From the IMG/VR virus record IMGVR_UViG_3300022660_000058: a stretch of DNA of 58,614 bases, one strand, 5' to 3'. Below, piece after piece: positions 1 to 9,835 of the stretch (positions are counted from its first letter, which is position 1; each line of letters opens with the position of its first letter). The stretch comes from an uncultured virus (IMG/VR IMGVR_UViG_3300022660_000058). Taxonomy: Duplodnaviria; Heunggongvirae; Uroviricota; Caudoviricetes. Made by a program: the position numbers and the translations under genes. A model generated the notes under the pieces. That model saw nothing but the letters and a program-made list of their open reading frames with translations, did not search any database and had not been told where the DNA came from.

Positions 1-2
1 CT

Positions 3-62
3 TCACGATGGGATGAATTTAGTGATATTCAGCAATCACAGATTACAACTGCTCTTGGTGGT
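3..62 (+). CDS. Tail tape measure protein, end of 5' exon (continues off the left edge)
   Basis: Open frame SRWDEFSDIQQSQITTALGG joins in frame to TRQRENVLVMLENW at 1595 once 63-1594 is removed. Confidence 0.8.
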
Positions 63-208
63 AAACAAAAGCCGAGTGCCACAACATACAGTAATGTATG
101 GTGTTTAGCAGTATAATATAAACACAGAAGATGACCATATCGGGAAAACTCCTATTAGATAAGGACAATTCCGAGGAAAGATTAGTTTAATAATATAAAT
201 GGAAATAC

Positions 209-237
209 TTGACAAACAAATAAAATAATATTATAAT
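209..237 (+). promoter_or_regulatory. Sigma-A-type promoter (phage conserved motif) for the intron ORF
   Basis: TTGACA-17 nt-TATAAT with conserved spacer AAAATAATAT; AGGAGG RBS upstream of 255. Confidence 0.85.
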
Positions 238-254
238 ATAAGAAAGGAGGAAGT

Positions 255-1367
255 ATGGCAAGAAGTAAATGGACAGAAGATAAAGTACAGTTTTTAATAG
301 ACAATTATAATCAAATGTCTATTGATGAAATTGCAGAGAAATTAAATATAAGTAAATGGACTATTTATGATAAAGTTAAAGAATTGGGTATTGGTAAGCA
401 ATTCAAGTGGACAAATGCTAAAATTGAGATTTTAAAAGAATACTACCCTATTGGCGATTGGGATATTTTGTTTGAGAAGTTAGGCATAACAAATAAACGG
501 TGCATAACGGATAAGGCGTGTTCACTTGGTATACATATGGACAGTAAAGTATGGACACAGACCGAAGAACAGTATTTAATTAATAATTACAATAAATTAA
601 CTATATCTGAAATGGCAAAATATTTAAACCGAACTGAAAGTGCAATTATGACAAGAGGTTATAAATTAAATATCACAAATTCAAATATATGGACAGATGA
701 AGATTTAGAATTATTACGAGAATTATACCCTATTCATTCTAATAAATATTTATCTGAAAATGTTTTTACAACAAAATCTCCCGAATCCATTAGAACCAAA
801 GGGTTGCTTCTTGGATTACATAAATCTAAAGAAAAAGGGTTAAAGAAGTATTATAATAAAGATTTAATTTTGCAACAATTAAAAGATGTAGCAAAAGAAA
901 TTGGTCGTACTCCCCTTTATAGTGAATTATGTTCTTTGGGTTTACCATCTGAAAAAACATTTGAGAGATTATTTGGTAGTTATCGTACCGCTTGTTTAGA
1001 TGCAGGGATAGATATAAATTGTGATGTTTTTGGTAATTGTAAATATCATATTGCTTCTGATAATACCATATGCCTTTCTTATGCAGAACTTATTATTACT
1101 GAATATTTAATTCAACATAATTTATCTTATCAAAAAGAATTATATTATAAAGATTTTATCAATGATAAACGCTGTGGAACAAAAAGATTTGATTGGAAAG
1201 TTGGAGAATATTTTATAGAATATTTTGGAATGATGAGCCGAGAAGATTATAAATGGTCTGCTGAAGATAAAATTAAAATATGTCAAGAAAACAATATAAA
1301 ATTAATAGAATTATATCCAAAAGATTTACCACATTTGGATAATAAATTAAATATATTATTAAACTAA
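255..1367 (+). CDS. Intron-encoded putative homing endonuclease (tandem HTH-like W-T-x-x repeats plus C-terminal PD-(D/E)XK-like domain)
   Basis: Repeats KWTEDK/KWTNAK/VWTQTE/IWTDED; C-terminal RFDWKVGEYFIEYFG motif; located inside the intron. Confidence 0.7.
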   Translation: MARSKWTEDKVQFLIDNYNQMSIDEIAEKLNISKWTIYDKVKELGIGKQFKWTNAKIEILKEYYPIGDWDILFEKLGITNKRCITDKACSLGIHMDSKVWTQTEEQYLINNYNKLTISEMAKYLNRTESAIMTRGYKLNITNSNIWTDEDLELLRELYPIHSNKYLSENVFTTKSPESIRTKGLLLGLHKSKEKGLKKYYNKDLILQQLKDVAKEIGRTPLYSELCSLGLPSEKTFERLFGSYRTACLDAGIDINCDVFGNCKYHIASDNTICLSYAELIITEYLIQHNLSYQKELYYKDFINDKRCGTKRFDWKVGEYFIEYFGMMSREDYKWSAEDKIKICQENNIKLIELYPKDLPHLDNKLNILLN

Positions 1368-1594
1368 AATCCGTAACGACTAAATATCCATATGGTGACA
1401 TATGGGTTTACGCCATCCACCCTACTTAATTGAGGGTGAAGATAGAGTCTGTTCTGCACATATATATCTAAATAAAATAAAAGTGCAGAGTTAAGATGAA
1501 AGTCTTAACCGTTGTGAGATATGACACAATAGTAACATTTAGATTGAATAGAAAATCATATCTATAATACAAAATTTCTATTATCAATCAAAAA

Positions 1595-4500
1595 ACTCGG
1601 CAAAGAGAAAATGTCCTCGTAATGCTCGAAAACTGGGATAAGGTTAAACAATATGCTGAAACAGGTGCAAAGTCCGCAGGTACAGCAATGGAAAAATACG
1701 GCGTTATACTTGAAGGCGTTGAAGCAAAACAAGCACAATTAAATGCAAAAGTACAAGATTTTTATACAAATGTTTTTGATAGTGGGCTTATCACAGGTTT
1801 ATTAGACCTTGGTAAAGGTTTTATGGATATTATAAACCTTGGTGATGGATTAGTTGGCAAGATATTATTATTAGTAACTGCTTTAACCGCCTTAAATTTT
1901 GCGGTAAAATCTAATGCTTTAAGTGGTTTTCGTAATATACTTGTAGAGGTTGGCTCGGCTGTTAAAGAGGTTATTATGGCTATACCTCGATTAATAGCAG
2001 GTTTAAAAGCACAAAAAACTGCACAAGATGCTGTTAATACAGCTACCGCCACAGGAAATGCTTTAACAAAAATGAATCCTTGGTTGGCAATAGCAGAAGT
2101 AGCTATAATGGCTATAATGGGAATTAAAATGGCTATTGATGCTCACAACGAAGCTATTCAAGAAACAATAGACAAAGCCAACGAACTTACAGAGACTTAT
2201 AAATCTACCAATCAAGAGATTACAGATAACATAAATAGCCTTGCTCAATCAGGTAGTGGTTCATATGGTTCATTAGCCGATGAATTTGAGGCTTTATGTA
2301 GAGGTGTAGATGCGTATGGTAACAATATTTCATTAACCAATAGTGAATATGAAAGATATAAGTCTATTTGTGAACAGATTGTTGGTTTAAATCCAAAATT
2401 GATGGATGGTTATCAAACCGAAGCAGAAGCTATTGGTAATAAAAATAGTTTGTTACAAGAAACTATTGATTTATTAAGAGAACAACAAAAAGAAGAAGCA
2501 AGACAATATGTTGAACAATCAGATGAGCTTTTGGCAGGTTATTCAAATCAATATGATAAAAATTTAGAAAATGCTATTAACAATGGTAAAGGCGTTATGC
2601 CTTATGTTTATCAGGCTGGTAGAGACAATGATGATATTGGTTTTTGGGATGGTTATGACAAAACAGATGCTATCAAAAATAATCTTGATAAGATTTTACA
2701 AGATACTGATAGATATTATGAAGAAGCTATTGCGTGGTTAGAAAGCCGTGACTATTCTGAAGATGCTATTAATACTTTCAAAGAGAATTATTGGTCGTGG
2801 ATTGACGGTATAGAACAAGTGCGAACAGATTACTCCGATGATATGCAGGATGTATATATCGCTACTGCTAAATCTATGGATGAATATTATAATTTAGATG
2901 ATGTATCGAAAAATTTTCTCATTCAATATGTTACTGAGACTTTTAAGATTGATGAAAATACAACCCAAGAAGTTATAGATAACAATGTGGATAAAATTCA
3001 AGAAATTACCAAGGCTTTAGCAGACCCCGAAATTCAAAATGTTTTTAAAGAGTTTTCAAATTTAGACTTAGATTCTTTTAGTTATAGCGAATATCTCAAT
3101 CAACTTACATCTACTATTGATACTCTTGCAGAACAAACTGGTTTAGACAAAGCAATATTGGGAAACATATTACCAAAGGGTACTATGGGTAAATATACAT
3201 CAGCCATAGAATCGGTTGTAGGTAAATTTGGTACGGCACTTGCAAAAGCATATAGTGGTTATGATTTTGCTAAAGAAGCTGAAAATATATATACACTCGA
3301 TGAAATAACCGCAATAGGAAAATATCAGAATGAGGTTAGGAGTTATTTATACAACCTCCCCCTTTCAGAACTTGACAAGGCGGGTGCTGTTATTAACCAT
3401 TTTGTTGACGATGCAGGTCATTTAAATACTACACTTATTGATAGTGTTGATGATATTGATAAATATATTTCAGCTTTTGATGGTATAGAGGATGCTCTTG
3501 GCAGTGTTTCTGACGGTTTTGCAAGTGCTACACAAGCAAAAAATCTTTTTGAAGCTACTATGGATGGCATTACAGAATACGATGATAATTTTAATTCATA
3601 TGCCAGTGCTATTAAAATTTTAGAAGAAGAGTTTGAAAAGGGTACTGTTGGTTCAAAGAGATTTGCAGAAGCAACCAAATATTTATTTGGCGAAGGTTTT
3701 GATGTTACCAATGTAGATGAAGTATATGAACGACTTCAAACACTTAAAAAGGTTTTTGGGGAAGATACCTATGGCGAAGGTATGCTTAAACAAATCCAAA
3801 AACTTAATGAAGCAGGTACAGATTTAGGTGAAACTTTTGCAAAACAAAACTCAGATGGTACTTGGGATTTTGATATAGATACAAGTGAAGAAGGTATTGC
3901 AAAATTAGCCGAAGCTCTTGGTATTACCGAAGAGGGTGTTTGGGCTTGTATTGAAGCTATGCAAATGCTTGGTGGTGTCGATTTATTTGATACTGAGGTT
4001 ATTGAAGATTTTGCAAAACAGTTTGGTTTATTAACTGACTTAGATGTTGAGGGAATTGACAATAATGTTATTAGTGTCGATAAACTACAAAAATTGTTAA
4101 GTGATGCAGGTATCAACACGGAATATTTAACCGAAGCTTTGCAAGGATTGGAGGATAAAGGTTATGTGCTTTTAGACCTTGCCTCCCCTGTCGAAGAATT
4201 AACTACTAAATTTGAAAATCTTGGACTGATTGTAAAAGATTCAGAGGGTAATATATCTGCAAATATGGATGCTATGATTGAATCATTGGGAGCAATGGGA
4301 TATGGTAGCGATGAGATTGCAAATGTGTTAAGTAAATTAACTGAACTTGACAATTTTGAATTTACAAAAACAGGTGAAGATGGCAAACAGATAAATGTTG
4401 AAACCACAGAAGCAGAGGCAAAAATCAAAGCTTTAGAAGAAGATACTACAAAAGTAGATTCTGCCGTAGATGCACTTAATCAAGTTGATTTAACAACTTT

Positions 4501-6793
4501 TGAAACTGTTATTAATAGTGGTGCAGATGTAGTTAATGGTTTAAATACCAAATTAGAAAATACCGTAACACTTTTAGAGACAATAGATGGTGTTCGTAAG
4601 GTAGAAATTAATTATACCGAAACAGGCGATGTTCCTGATGGAGCAGGTGCTTTACACGGTATTGGTAACGGTATTTCTCATAGTGGTAGGTCATATCTTA
4701 AAGGTACTGCATTTGGTCACGGTAATTGGGGTGCTAAGAAAGATGTAACTGCTTTAACTGCCGAAAGAGAACCTGAAATTTGGGTACACGCAGATACAGG
4801 TGAATGGGAGTTAATTACTAATCCTCGGTTTGTAAGAGTTAAACAGGGAGATATTATCTTTAATGGTAAACAAACTAAGGATTTATTAAGCAAGGGTAGT
4901 TCTGCAAGTTTTGGTGCTTCGTTCTTAAAAGGTACTGCTTATGCGAGTGGTAGCAGTTGGGGTAAATGGAAAAAGAAATATGGCATATCAACTACATCAT
5001 CTTCAAGCAAATCCAAATCTAAATCCTCATCAAGCAGTAAAGAATGGTGGGAAGAAGAGCTTGAAGCACTTCAAGATAGCTTAGATTATAGTGAAATTAC
5101 TTTAGAAACCTACATAGAAGGTCTTGGTGTTTTATTAGGTCAAGTCAAGAAAGGTTCAGAAGCTTGGAAAGAAATCAATAAGGAATTACAAGAGGCTAAA
5201 CTTGAAAATATCGAAAATCAGTTTGACCGTGGTGAGATTACTATTGATGAATATATTAGTAAGCTTACTGATTTAAGAAAAAATTATAAGAAAAACACCG
5301 AAGAATATAAAGAGTTAACTCAAACTATCAATGAAGCCAAAGCTGATAACTATGCAGACCAATATGAGCGTGGTGAGATTTCTCTTAAATCTTATATAAA
5401 ACAACTTACCAAACTTAGAGATTCTTATAAAAAAGGCTCTGAGGAATGGAAAGAATATAATGATTTAATTAGAGAGTGCGAGTTAGAAGATTATTTTGAT
5501 AAGCTTACAAAATCTGTAGAAAAATATGAACAGGCTATTTCTGAATTAGGTGATGTTAATACCGATAAAGAGCGTGTTAAATATGCACAACTTTTATCTA
5601 AAGAATATGCTCAAACATTAAAGAATATTGATAGTCTTGAAAAAAAATTAGCAGACCCCATTTTAACTAAAGACGAGCGTGAAAAAGTACAAGAAGAACT
5701 TAATGAGGCGTTAGAAAAAGAGGTTTCTATTCGTGATGAAATTGAAGGTTCTATTAGAGAATATTATGAAAACCAAAAGGAACAGCTCGAACAACAAGCC
5801 GAATTAACCAAAAAACAAACACTTTACAATAAAGAAGTTGTGTTATATGGTAAACAAGGTAAAGAGCTTTGGGAATACAATAATAACAAACAAATAGAAG
5901 CCTTAGAAAAACAGGTCGAAGCAAGAAATGCAGAAAAAGAAGCTTTAGATGAAATCAACGAGCGTGAAGAGTTAGAGAATAGTTTATTAGAAGCAAGGTT
6001 AAAATTACAAAATGCTTTAAATAATAAAACCACTAAAATTCTTACCAAGCAAGCTGACGGAACTTGGGCTTATACTTTCTCTGCTAATATGGCTGATGTT
6101 AAGAGTGCAAGAGATGAAGTTGACTCTGCTCAAAAAGCTTTAGATGATTTTGATTGGGAGCAGGAAACAAAAGAATTAGAAAAGCAGATAGATGAGTTGA
6201 ACAAAAATGCCGAAGAATTAGCAAGTCAATATGAAGATGCTGAATTTTGGGCTAATAGAGAATATGAGCAAACCATAAATAGTATCGCACAGGCATATGG
6301 TGATATTGATGCTTTGGTTGAAAAATGGATGGAGACTTATGGTAAGAATGAAACTACATTTACAAATGCTTATCAAAAAGTAGTAAAATCTAATAATTCA
6401 CTCACAAAGTCTATTACAACATTAACAACTGCATTAGAGGGTTATTATGAAACCGTTGGTAGTAATGGTACAATTACACCCAAATCTTTTGATACAGGTG
6501 GAGAGATAGTTGGTTCAGGTTTAATTTTGGCTCACGACAAAGAAAGAGTTTTAACACAAGAGCAGAATGTTGGTTGGATGAAATTAATAAACAATATTGA
6601 CTCAGCAAATAAGTTGGTCGATATTGCAAAATTAAACATTCAGGGTTATCAAAAACTTGATACAAGCGGTGTTAATAAAGATTCTCAAACGGTTATTCAT
6701 AGTGTTTCTTGTAATTTCCCAAGTATCACTACAACAGATGGATTACAGAAAGCGATATTACAATTACCACAACTTGCATTACAGAAAAAATAA
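1595..6793 (+). CDS. Tail tape measure protein, 3' exon
   Basis: More than 1700 aa, helical/coiled-coil with hydrophobic segments, followed by tail genes; ORF track start 1622 extends in frame to the splice junction at 1595. Confidence 0.88.
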   Translation, partial: TRQRENVLVMLENWDKVKQYAETGAKSAGTAMEKYGVILEGVEAKQAQLNAKVQDFYTNVFDSGLITGLLDLGKGFMDIINLGDGLVGKILLLVTALTALNFAVKSNALSGFRNILVEVGSAVKEVIMAIPRLIAGLKAQKTAQDAVNTATATGNALTKMNPWLAIAEVAIMAIMGIKMAIDAHNEAIQETIDKANELTETYKSTNQEITDNINSLAQSGSGSYGSLADEFEALCRGVDAYGNNISLTNSEYERYKSICEQIVGLNPKLMDGYQTEAEAIGNKNSLLQETIDLLREQQKEEARQYVEQSDELLAGYSNQYDKNLENAINNGKGVMPYVYQAGRDNDDIGFWDGYDKTDAIKNNLDKILQDTDRYYEEAIAWLESRDYSEDAINTFKENYWSWIDGIEQVRTDYSDDMQDVYIATAKSMDEYYNLDDVSKNFLIQYVTETFKIDENTTQEVIDNNVDKIQEITKALADPEIQNVFKEFSNLDLDSFSYSEYLNQLTSTIDTLAEQTGLDKAILGNILPKGTMGKYTSAIESVVGKFGTALAKAYSGYDFAKEAENIYTLDEITAIGKYQNEVRSYLYNLPLSELDKAGAVINHFVDDAGHLNTTLIDSVDDIDKYISAFDGIEDALGSVSDGFASATQAKNLFEATMDGITEYDDNFNSYASAIKILEEEFEKGTVGSKRFAEATKYLFGEGFDVTNVDEVYERLQTLKKVFGEDTYGEGMLKQIQKLNEAGTDLGETFAKQNSDGTWDFDIDTSEEGIAKLAEALGITEEGVWACIEAMQMLGGVDLFDTEVIEDFAKQFGLLTDLDVEGIDNNVISVDKLQKLLSDAGINTEYLTEALQGLEDKGYVLLDLASPVEELTTKFENLGLIVKDSEGNISANMDAMIESLGAMGYGSDEIANVLSKLTELDNFEFTKTGEDGKQINVETTEAEAKIKALEEDTTKVDSAVDALNQVDLTTFETVINSGADVVNGLNTKLENTVTLLETIDGVRKVEINYTETGDVPDGAGALHGIGNGISHSGRSYLKGTAFGHGNWGAKKDVTALTAEREPEIWVHADTGEWELITNPRFVRVKQGDIIFNGKQTKDLLSKGSSASFGASFLKGTAYASGSSWGKWKKKYGISTTSSSSKSKSKSSSSSKEWWEEELEALQDSLDYSEITLETYIEGLGVLLGQVKKGSEAWKEINKELQEAKLENIENQFDRGEITIDEYISKLTDLRKNYKKNTEEYKELTQTINEAKADNYADQYERGEISLKSYIKQLTKLRDSYKKGSEEWKEYNDLIRECELEDYFDKLTKSVEKYEQAISELGDVNTDKERVKYAQLLSKEYAQTLKNIDSLEKKLADPILTKDEREKVQEELNEALEKEVSIRDEIEGSIREYYENQKEQLEQQAELTKKQTLYNKEVVLYGKQGKELWEYNNNKQIEALEKQVEARNAEKEALDEINEREELENSLLEARLKLQNALNNKTTKILTKQADGTWAYTFSANMADVKSARDEVDSAQKALDDFDWEQETKELEKQIDELNKNAEELASQYEDAEFWANREYEQTINSIAQAYGDIDALVEKWMETYGKNETTFTNAYQKVVKSNNSLTKSITTLTTALEGYYETVGSNGTITPKSFDTGGEIVGSGLILAHDKERVLTQEQNVGWMKLINNIDSANKLVDIAKLNIQGYQKLDTSGVNKDSQTVIHSVSCNFPSITTTDGLQKAILQLPQLALQKK

Positions 6794-6807
6794 AATAATT
6801 TTGTTAT

Positions 6808-6837
6808 AGGGGAGCTATTTGTCTCCCCTACTCTTTA
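6808..6837 (+). terminator. Putative intrinsic terminator hairpin
   Basis: TAGGGGAG-ctatttgt-CTCCCCTA followed by ctcttt. Confidence 0.5.
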
Positions 6838-6850
6838 ATGGAGTGATTTT

Positions 6851-7645
6851 ATGAATAGAGACAAAGAAACGCAAGAAGCGTTGTTAAAAGCTATTGATAT
6901 AATGATTGATAATAAATTAAAAAATTTAGGTTTTAATTATTATGTTGATGGTGTTATAAAAGCAAAAAACACTAATAATACTTATAATGTTTTAATAAAC
7001 GGTAGTGTGTATAATAATATTCCTTCCAAAAACAACTTTTCTTACCATATTAATGATGTGGTACAGATTTTAATTAAAAATGGTGATTGGAATAAAAAGT
7101 TTATTGATGATAAAAAAAATCATAATGAAACACCCTTATACCCTGTTGGAAGTGTTTATATTAGTTCTACAAATACTAATCCTGCAAATACTTTTGGTGG
7201 AACTTGGACTTTGATTGATAAATCATTTAGTGATAAAACTTCTAATGCTTCAGTTAATTTTACACCAAATTCTGATATAGTTGATACTTATGAACTTGCT
7301 TTTGCAAGAAATAATCATAGTATATACACAAGGTTTATTGGTAAACTTAAAGTAGATTTAAATGACACCACCGTAACTCTTGGAACGGTTAATTTGCAAG
7401 AGTTAGGCATAACAGATGTAACATACACAAAAAATGTTGTTGGATGGAGTGATGATGGAAACGGTGTTTTTATGGTTACATTTGCAAACAAAGGAGCTGT
7501 AAAAATCGAAGATATTGTTGCCAAAAGTTCAGCAACTACTATAGTTGCAGGAAGACAATGTCAGTTTGAATGTGTTCACGAAGTTGCACAAAGTGTTATG
7601 CTTGATAGTGCTTGTGATAAATTTTATTGGAAAAGAACAGCATAA
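6851..7645 (+). CDS. Tail/baseplate protein
   Basis: YPVGSVYIS..NP..FGGTW and C-terminal YWKRTA motifs typical of phage baseplate/tail-fibre domains; follows the tape measure gene. Confidence 0.6.
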   Translation: MNRDKETQEALLKAIDIMIDNKLKNLGFNYYVDGVIKAKNTNNTYNVLINGSVYNNIPSKNNFSYHINDVVQILIKNGDWNKKFIDDKKNHNETPLYPVGSVYISSTNTNPANTFGGTWTLIDKSFSDKTSNASVNFTPNSDIVDTYELAFARNNHSIYTRFIGKLKVDLNDTTVTLGTVNLQELGITDVTYTKNVVGWSDDGNGVFMVTFANKGAVKIEDIVAKSSATTIVAGRQCQFECVHEVAQSVMLDSACDKFYWKRTA

Positions 7646-7673
7646 TTAAAATTAAATTTTAGGAGGTGATTAT

Positions 7674-8879
7674 ATGTCAGAATTACCGAATTTTAAAGAA
7701 GGTTTTATTTTTGATGCAACTCAAAATAATACCACAGAAGCTAATCCTTTTGTAATAACTGAGAGCAAACCTTGCTTATTTAAAATAGCTTCTCTTAGCG
7801 ATTATTCTAAGGATTATCAGTATTGGTTATACAGCAATGGTAATAGCATAGTTGAAAAAAGTATGATAATACAAAGTTATAATGATATGAGTTTTCTTAA
7901 ACAACACCAATATTTACTTATTATTTGGGATGGAAATATTTATTTATATTTAGCTTCTAATACTTTAAATGCAGAATCTTATGCGTTTACCCTGACAAGA
8001 TGTGCAGATTCAGATGGCACTGTGCGGTATGATTCAAAAATGTTTTATGTGAGTGTAACATTGGGAACAACTCCGTCTGTGTCTTATGGTAATGATAAGA
8101 TAACATTAAATAAAAATGGTTATGAAATTACAATCAATAATCCTGTGACCACATTAGATTGGGGTTATCACCTTAACGATAGTGCTGACGAATTAAAGTA
8201 TTATCAGTTTTTATTATATAATTCTCAGAACAAATGTGTTGTCGATACAGGCAAAATATATACTAATACTACCGAGGGTAACGGTTTTGTTTGTAATAGT
8301 TTAGATGATAATTCTACATATACTTTGGTTGGTTATTGCGTGTCACAAAATGGACAAAGATTAGACCTGCCCGATTTACTTATCAAAACAACATATACTA
8401 CAGGTAGAATTTATACTAACTTAACCGTTGAGTTAAATAAACATTGTGCAGAAAACACAGTGTACGCCGAGGTGATTAACCTTCTTGGAAATACTACAAA
8501 TGGAAAAGCAGTTTTTGTTGATGATGAGAAGATAGACCTTAAAACAAATGACAATGCTATTGTTTTTACAGATACTTATAATCTGCTTACAGATAATTTT
8601 GTAATCCGTCTTTGGATTAATGGTATTAATAACGAAGAAAAAGTGACCATATTAAAATTAACCAATCCATATGGTTCTGATTATATTGAACTTTATTATA
8701 ACGATGGTTATTTTTATGCCACAAAATATAGTTATGGATTAACCTCTCGATACATTAGTAATGTTGTTAATGAGAACGATGTTTTAAATGGTAATATCTA
8801 TCTTTCTATGTTGTATTGCAACGGAAGAATTGATATATATGCCACCTCTTATGCAGAAAGTGAGGCGATAGCAAGATGA
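7674..8879 (+). CDS. Putative tail protein
   Basis: Beta-rich 401 aa ORF with RBS in the tail operon. Confidence 0.5.
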   Translation: MSELPNFKEGFIFDATQNNTTEANPFVITESKPCLFKIASLSDYSKDYQYWLYSNGNSIVEKSMIIQSYNDMSFLKQHQYLLIIWDGNIYLYLASNTLNAESYAFTLTRCADSDGTVRYDSKMFYVSVTLGTTPSVSYGNDKITLNKNGYEITINNPVTTLDWGYHLNDSADELKYYQFLLYNSQNKCVVDTGKIYTNTTEGNGFVCNSLDDNSTYTLVGYCVSQNGQRLDLPDLLIKTTYTTGRIYTNLTVELNKHCAENTVYAEVINLLGNTTNGKAVFVDDEKIDLKTNDNAIVFTDTYNLLTDNFVIRLWINGINNEEKVTILKLTNPYGSDYIELYYNDGYFYATKYSYGLTSRYISNVVNENDVLNGNIYLSMLYCNGRIDIYATSYAESEAIAR

Positions 8880-9835
8880 TTATTGGTTATGATTTTTTGG
8901 GTGATAACATATATGACACAGATAATATAAATGATAACGATGGTGTTGCTTTTGATGTTTGCCTTCCCCTTTCTGTAGCAATGCGAGATGTTGTAATACA
9001 AAACGGTATTTATGATGAGTTAGAAGTGTTACAAAATACTAAGGTTAATAAACAAGAAATAATAAAAAGCAACTCTTGGAATGATAATACCTTAATGCTT
9101 GCTAATTTCCAAAATAATTTATCTGCTGGTAGTGTTAATGTAGGTAACAATAAAGTTTCTACAATTCAATTTCTAAGAAGAAAAAAAGATACAACAGAAT
9201 GGCAATTTTGTAAAGAGATTCAATATAATGAAAACAAAGAAATGTATTCTTTTGTAGATAAATATATTGAATCTGAGCAAGAATATGAATATTGTATTCG
9301 CCCCACCGCAAAGGTATACGATGATGCAGGTATGTATGTTGAAACCATCATTGGTGAAAATAGTCCTACCACATTGGTTCGTGTAGTTTTTGATTATGCT
9401 CACTTGTTTGATAATGAAACATCTTATGATTTGTTATATAACTTTAAACTTGGTGATATTACTTCAAATATTGATGCTAATACAATAACTACTTTAGGTG
9501 GTCAATATCCTTTTACTATTTATGGTGCTTCTAAATATAAAACAGGTAGTGCAAGCTGTTTATTAGTAACAGAAGAAAGTGCTACAGGTTCAATAGATGT
9601 TGGAGCAGAAAAGGTATTAAGAAATAATATAGATAACTTTTTGTCAAACAAAAAGCCCAAAATATTAAAATGTGATGATGGCACATATTTACTTATTAGT
9701 ATTAGTGATAATTATGTTTTAACTCCTAATGAAAATTTATTAGGTAGTTACAGTTTATCTTTTAACTATACTGAAATTGGTGATGCTAACGATGTTGATA
9801 CTTTAAAGAAATATGGTTTATGGAGTGATGTATAA
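8876..9835 (+). CDS. Putative tail protein
   Basis: Start overlaps the previous stop; tail operon context. Confidence 0.5.
   Translation: MIIGYDFLGDNIYDTDNINDNDGVAFDVCLPLSVAMRDVVIQNGIYDELEVLQNTKVNKQEIIKSNSWNDNTLMLANFQNNLSAGSVNVGNNKVSTIQFLRRKKDTTEWQFCKEIQYNENKEMYSFVDKYIESEQEYEYCIRPTAKVYDDAGMYVETIIGENSPTTLVRVVFDYAHLFDNETSYDLLYNFKLGDITSNIDANTITTLGGQYPFTIYGASKYKTGSASCLLVTEESATGSIDVGAEKVLRNNIDNFLSNKKPKILKCDDGTYLLISISDNYVLTPNENLLGSYSLSFNYTEIGDANDVDTLKKYGLWSDV

Larger units (their letters stand above)
63..1594 (+). mobile_element. Group I self-splicing intron in the tape measure gene, carrying an endonuclease ORF
   Basis: P1: exon GUGGU (58-62) pairs with GCCAC (78-82), U62-G78 wobble at the 5' splice site. 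P10: GCCGAGU (71-77) pairs perfectly with 3' exon ACUCGGC (1595-1601). Core-like motifs ATATCGGGAAAACTCC..GGACAATTCCGAGGAAAG (~138-180), CCGTAACGACTA (~1371-1382), GAAGATAGAGTCT (~1438-1450), then P9-type hairpins. Confidence 0.88.

Noticed and set aside
1762..6665. Short antisense ORFs within the tape measure gene, and similar shadow ORFs inside ligase, dnaE, groEL and others
   Set aside because: Shadow or alternate-frame ORFs of well-supported genes, with no recognisable motifs.
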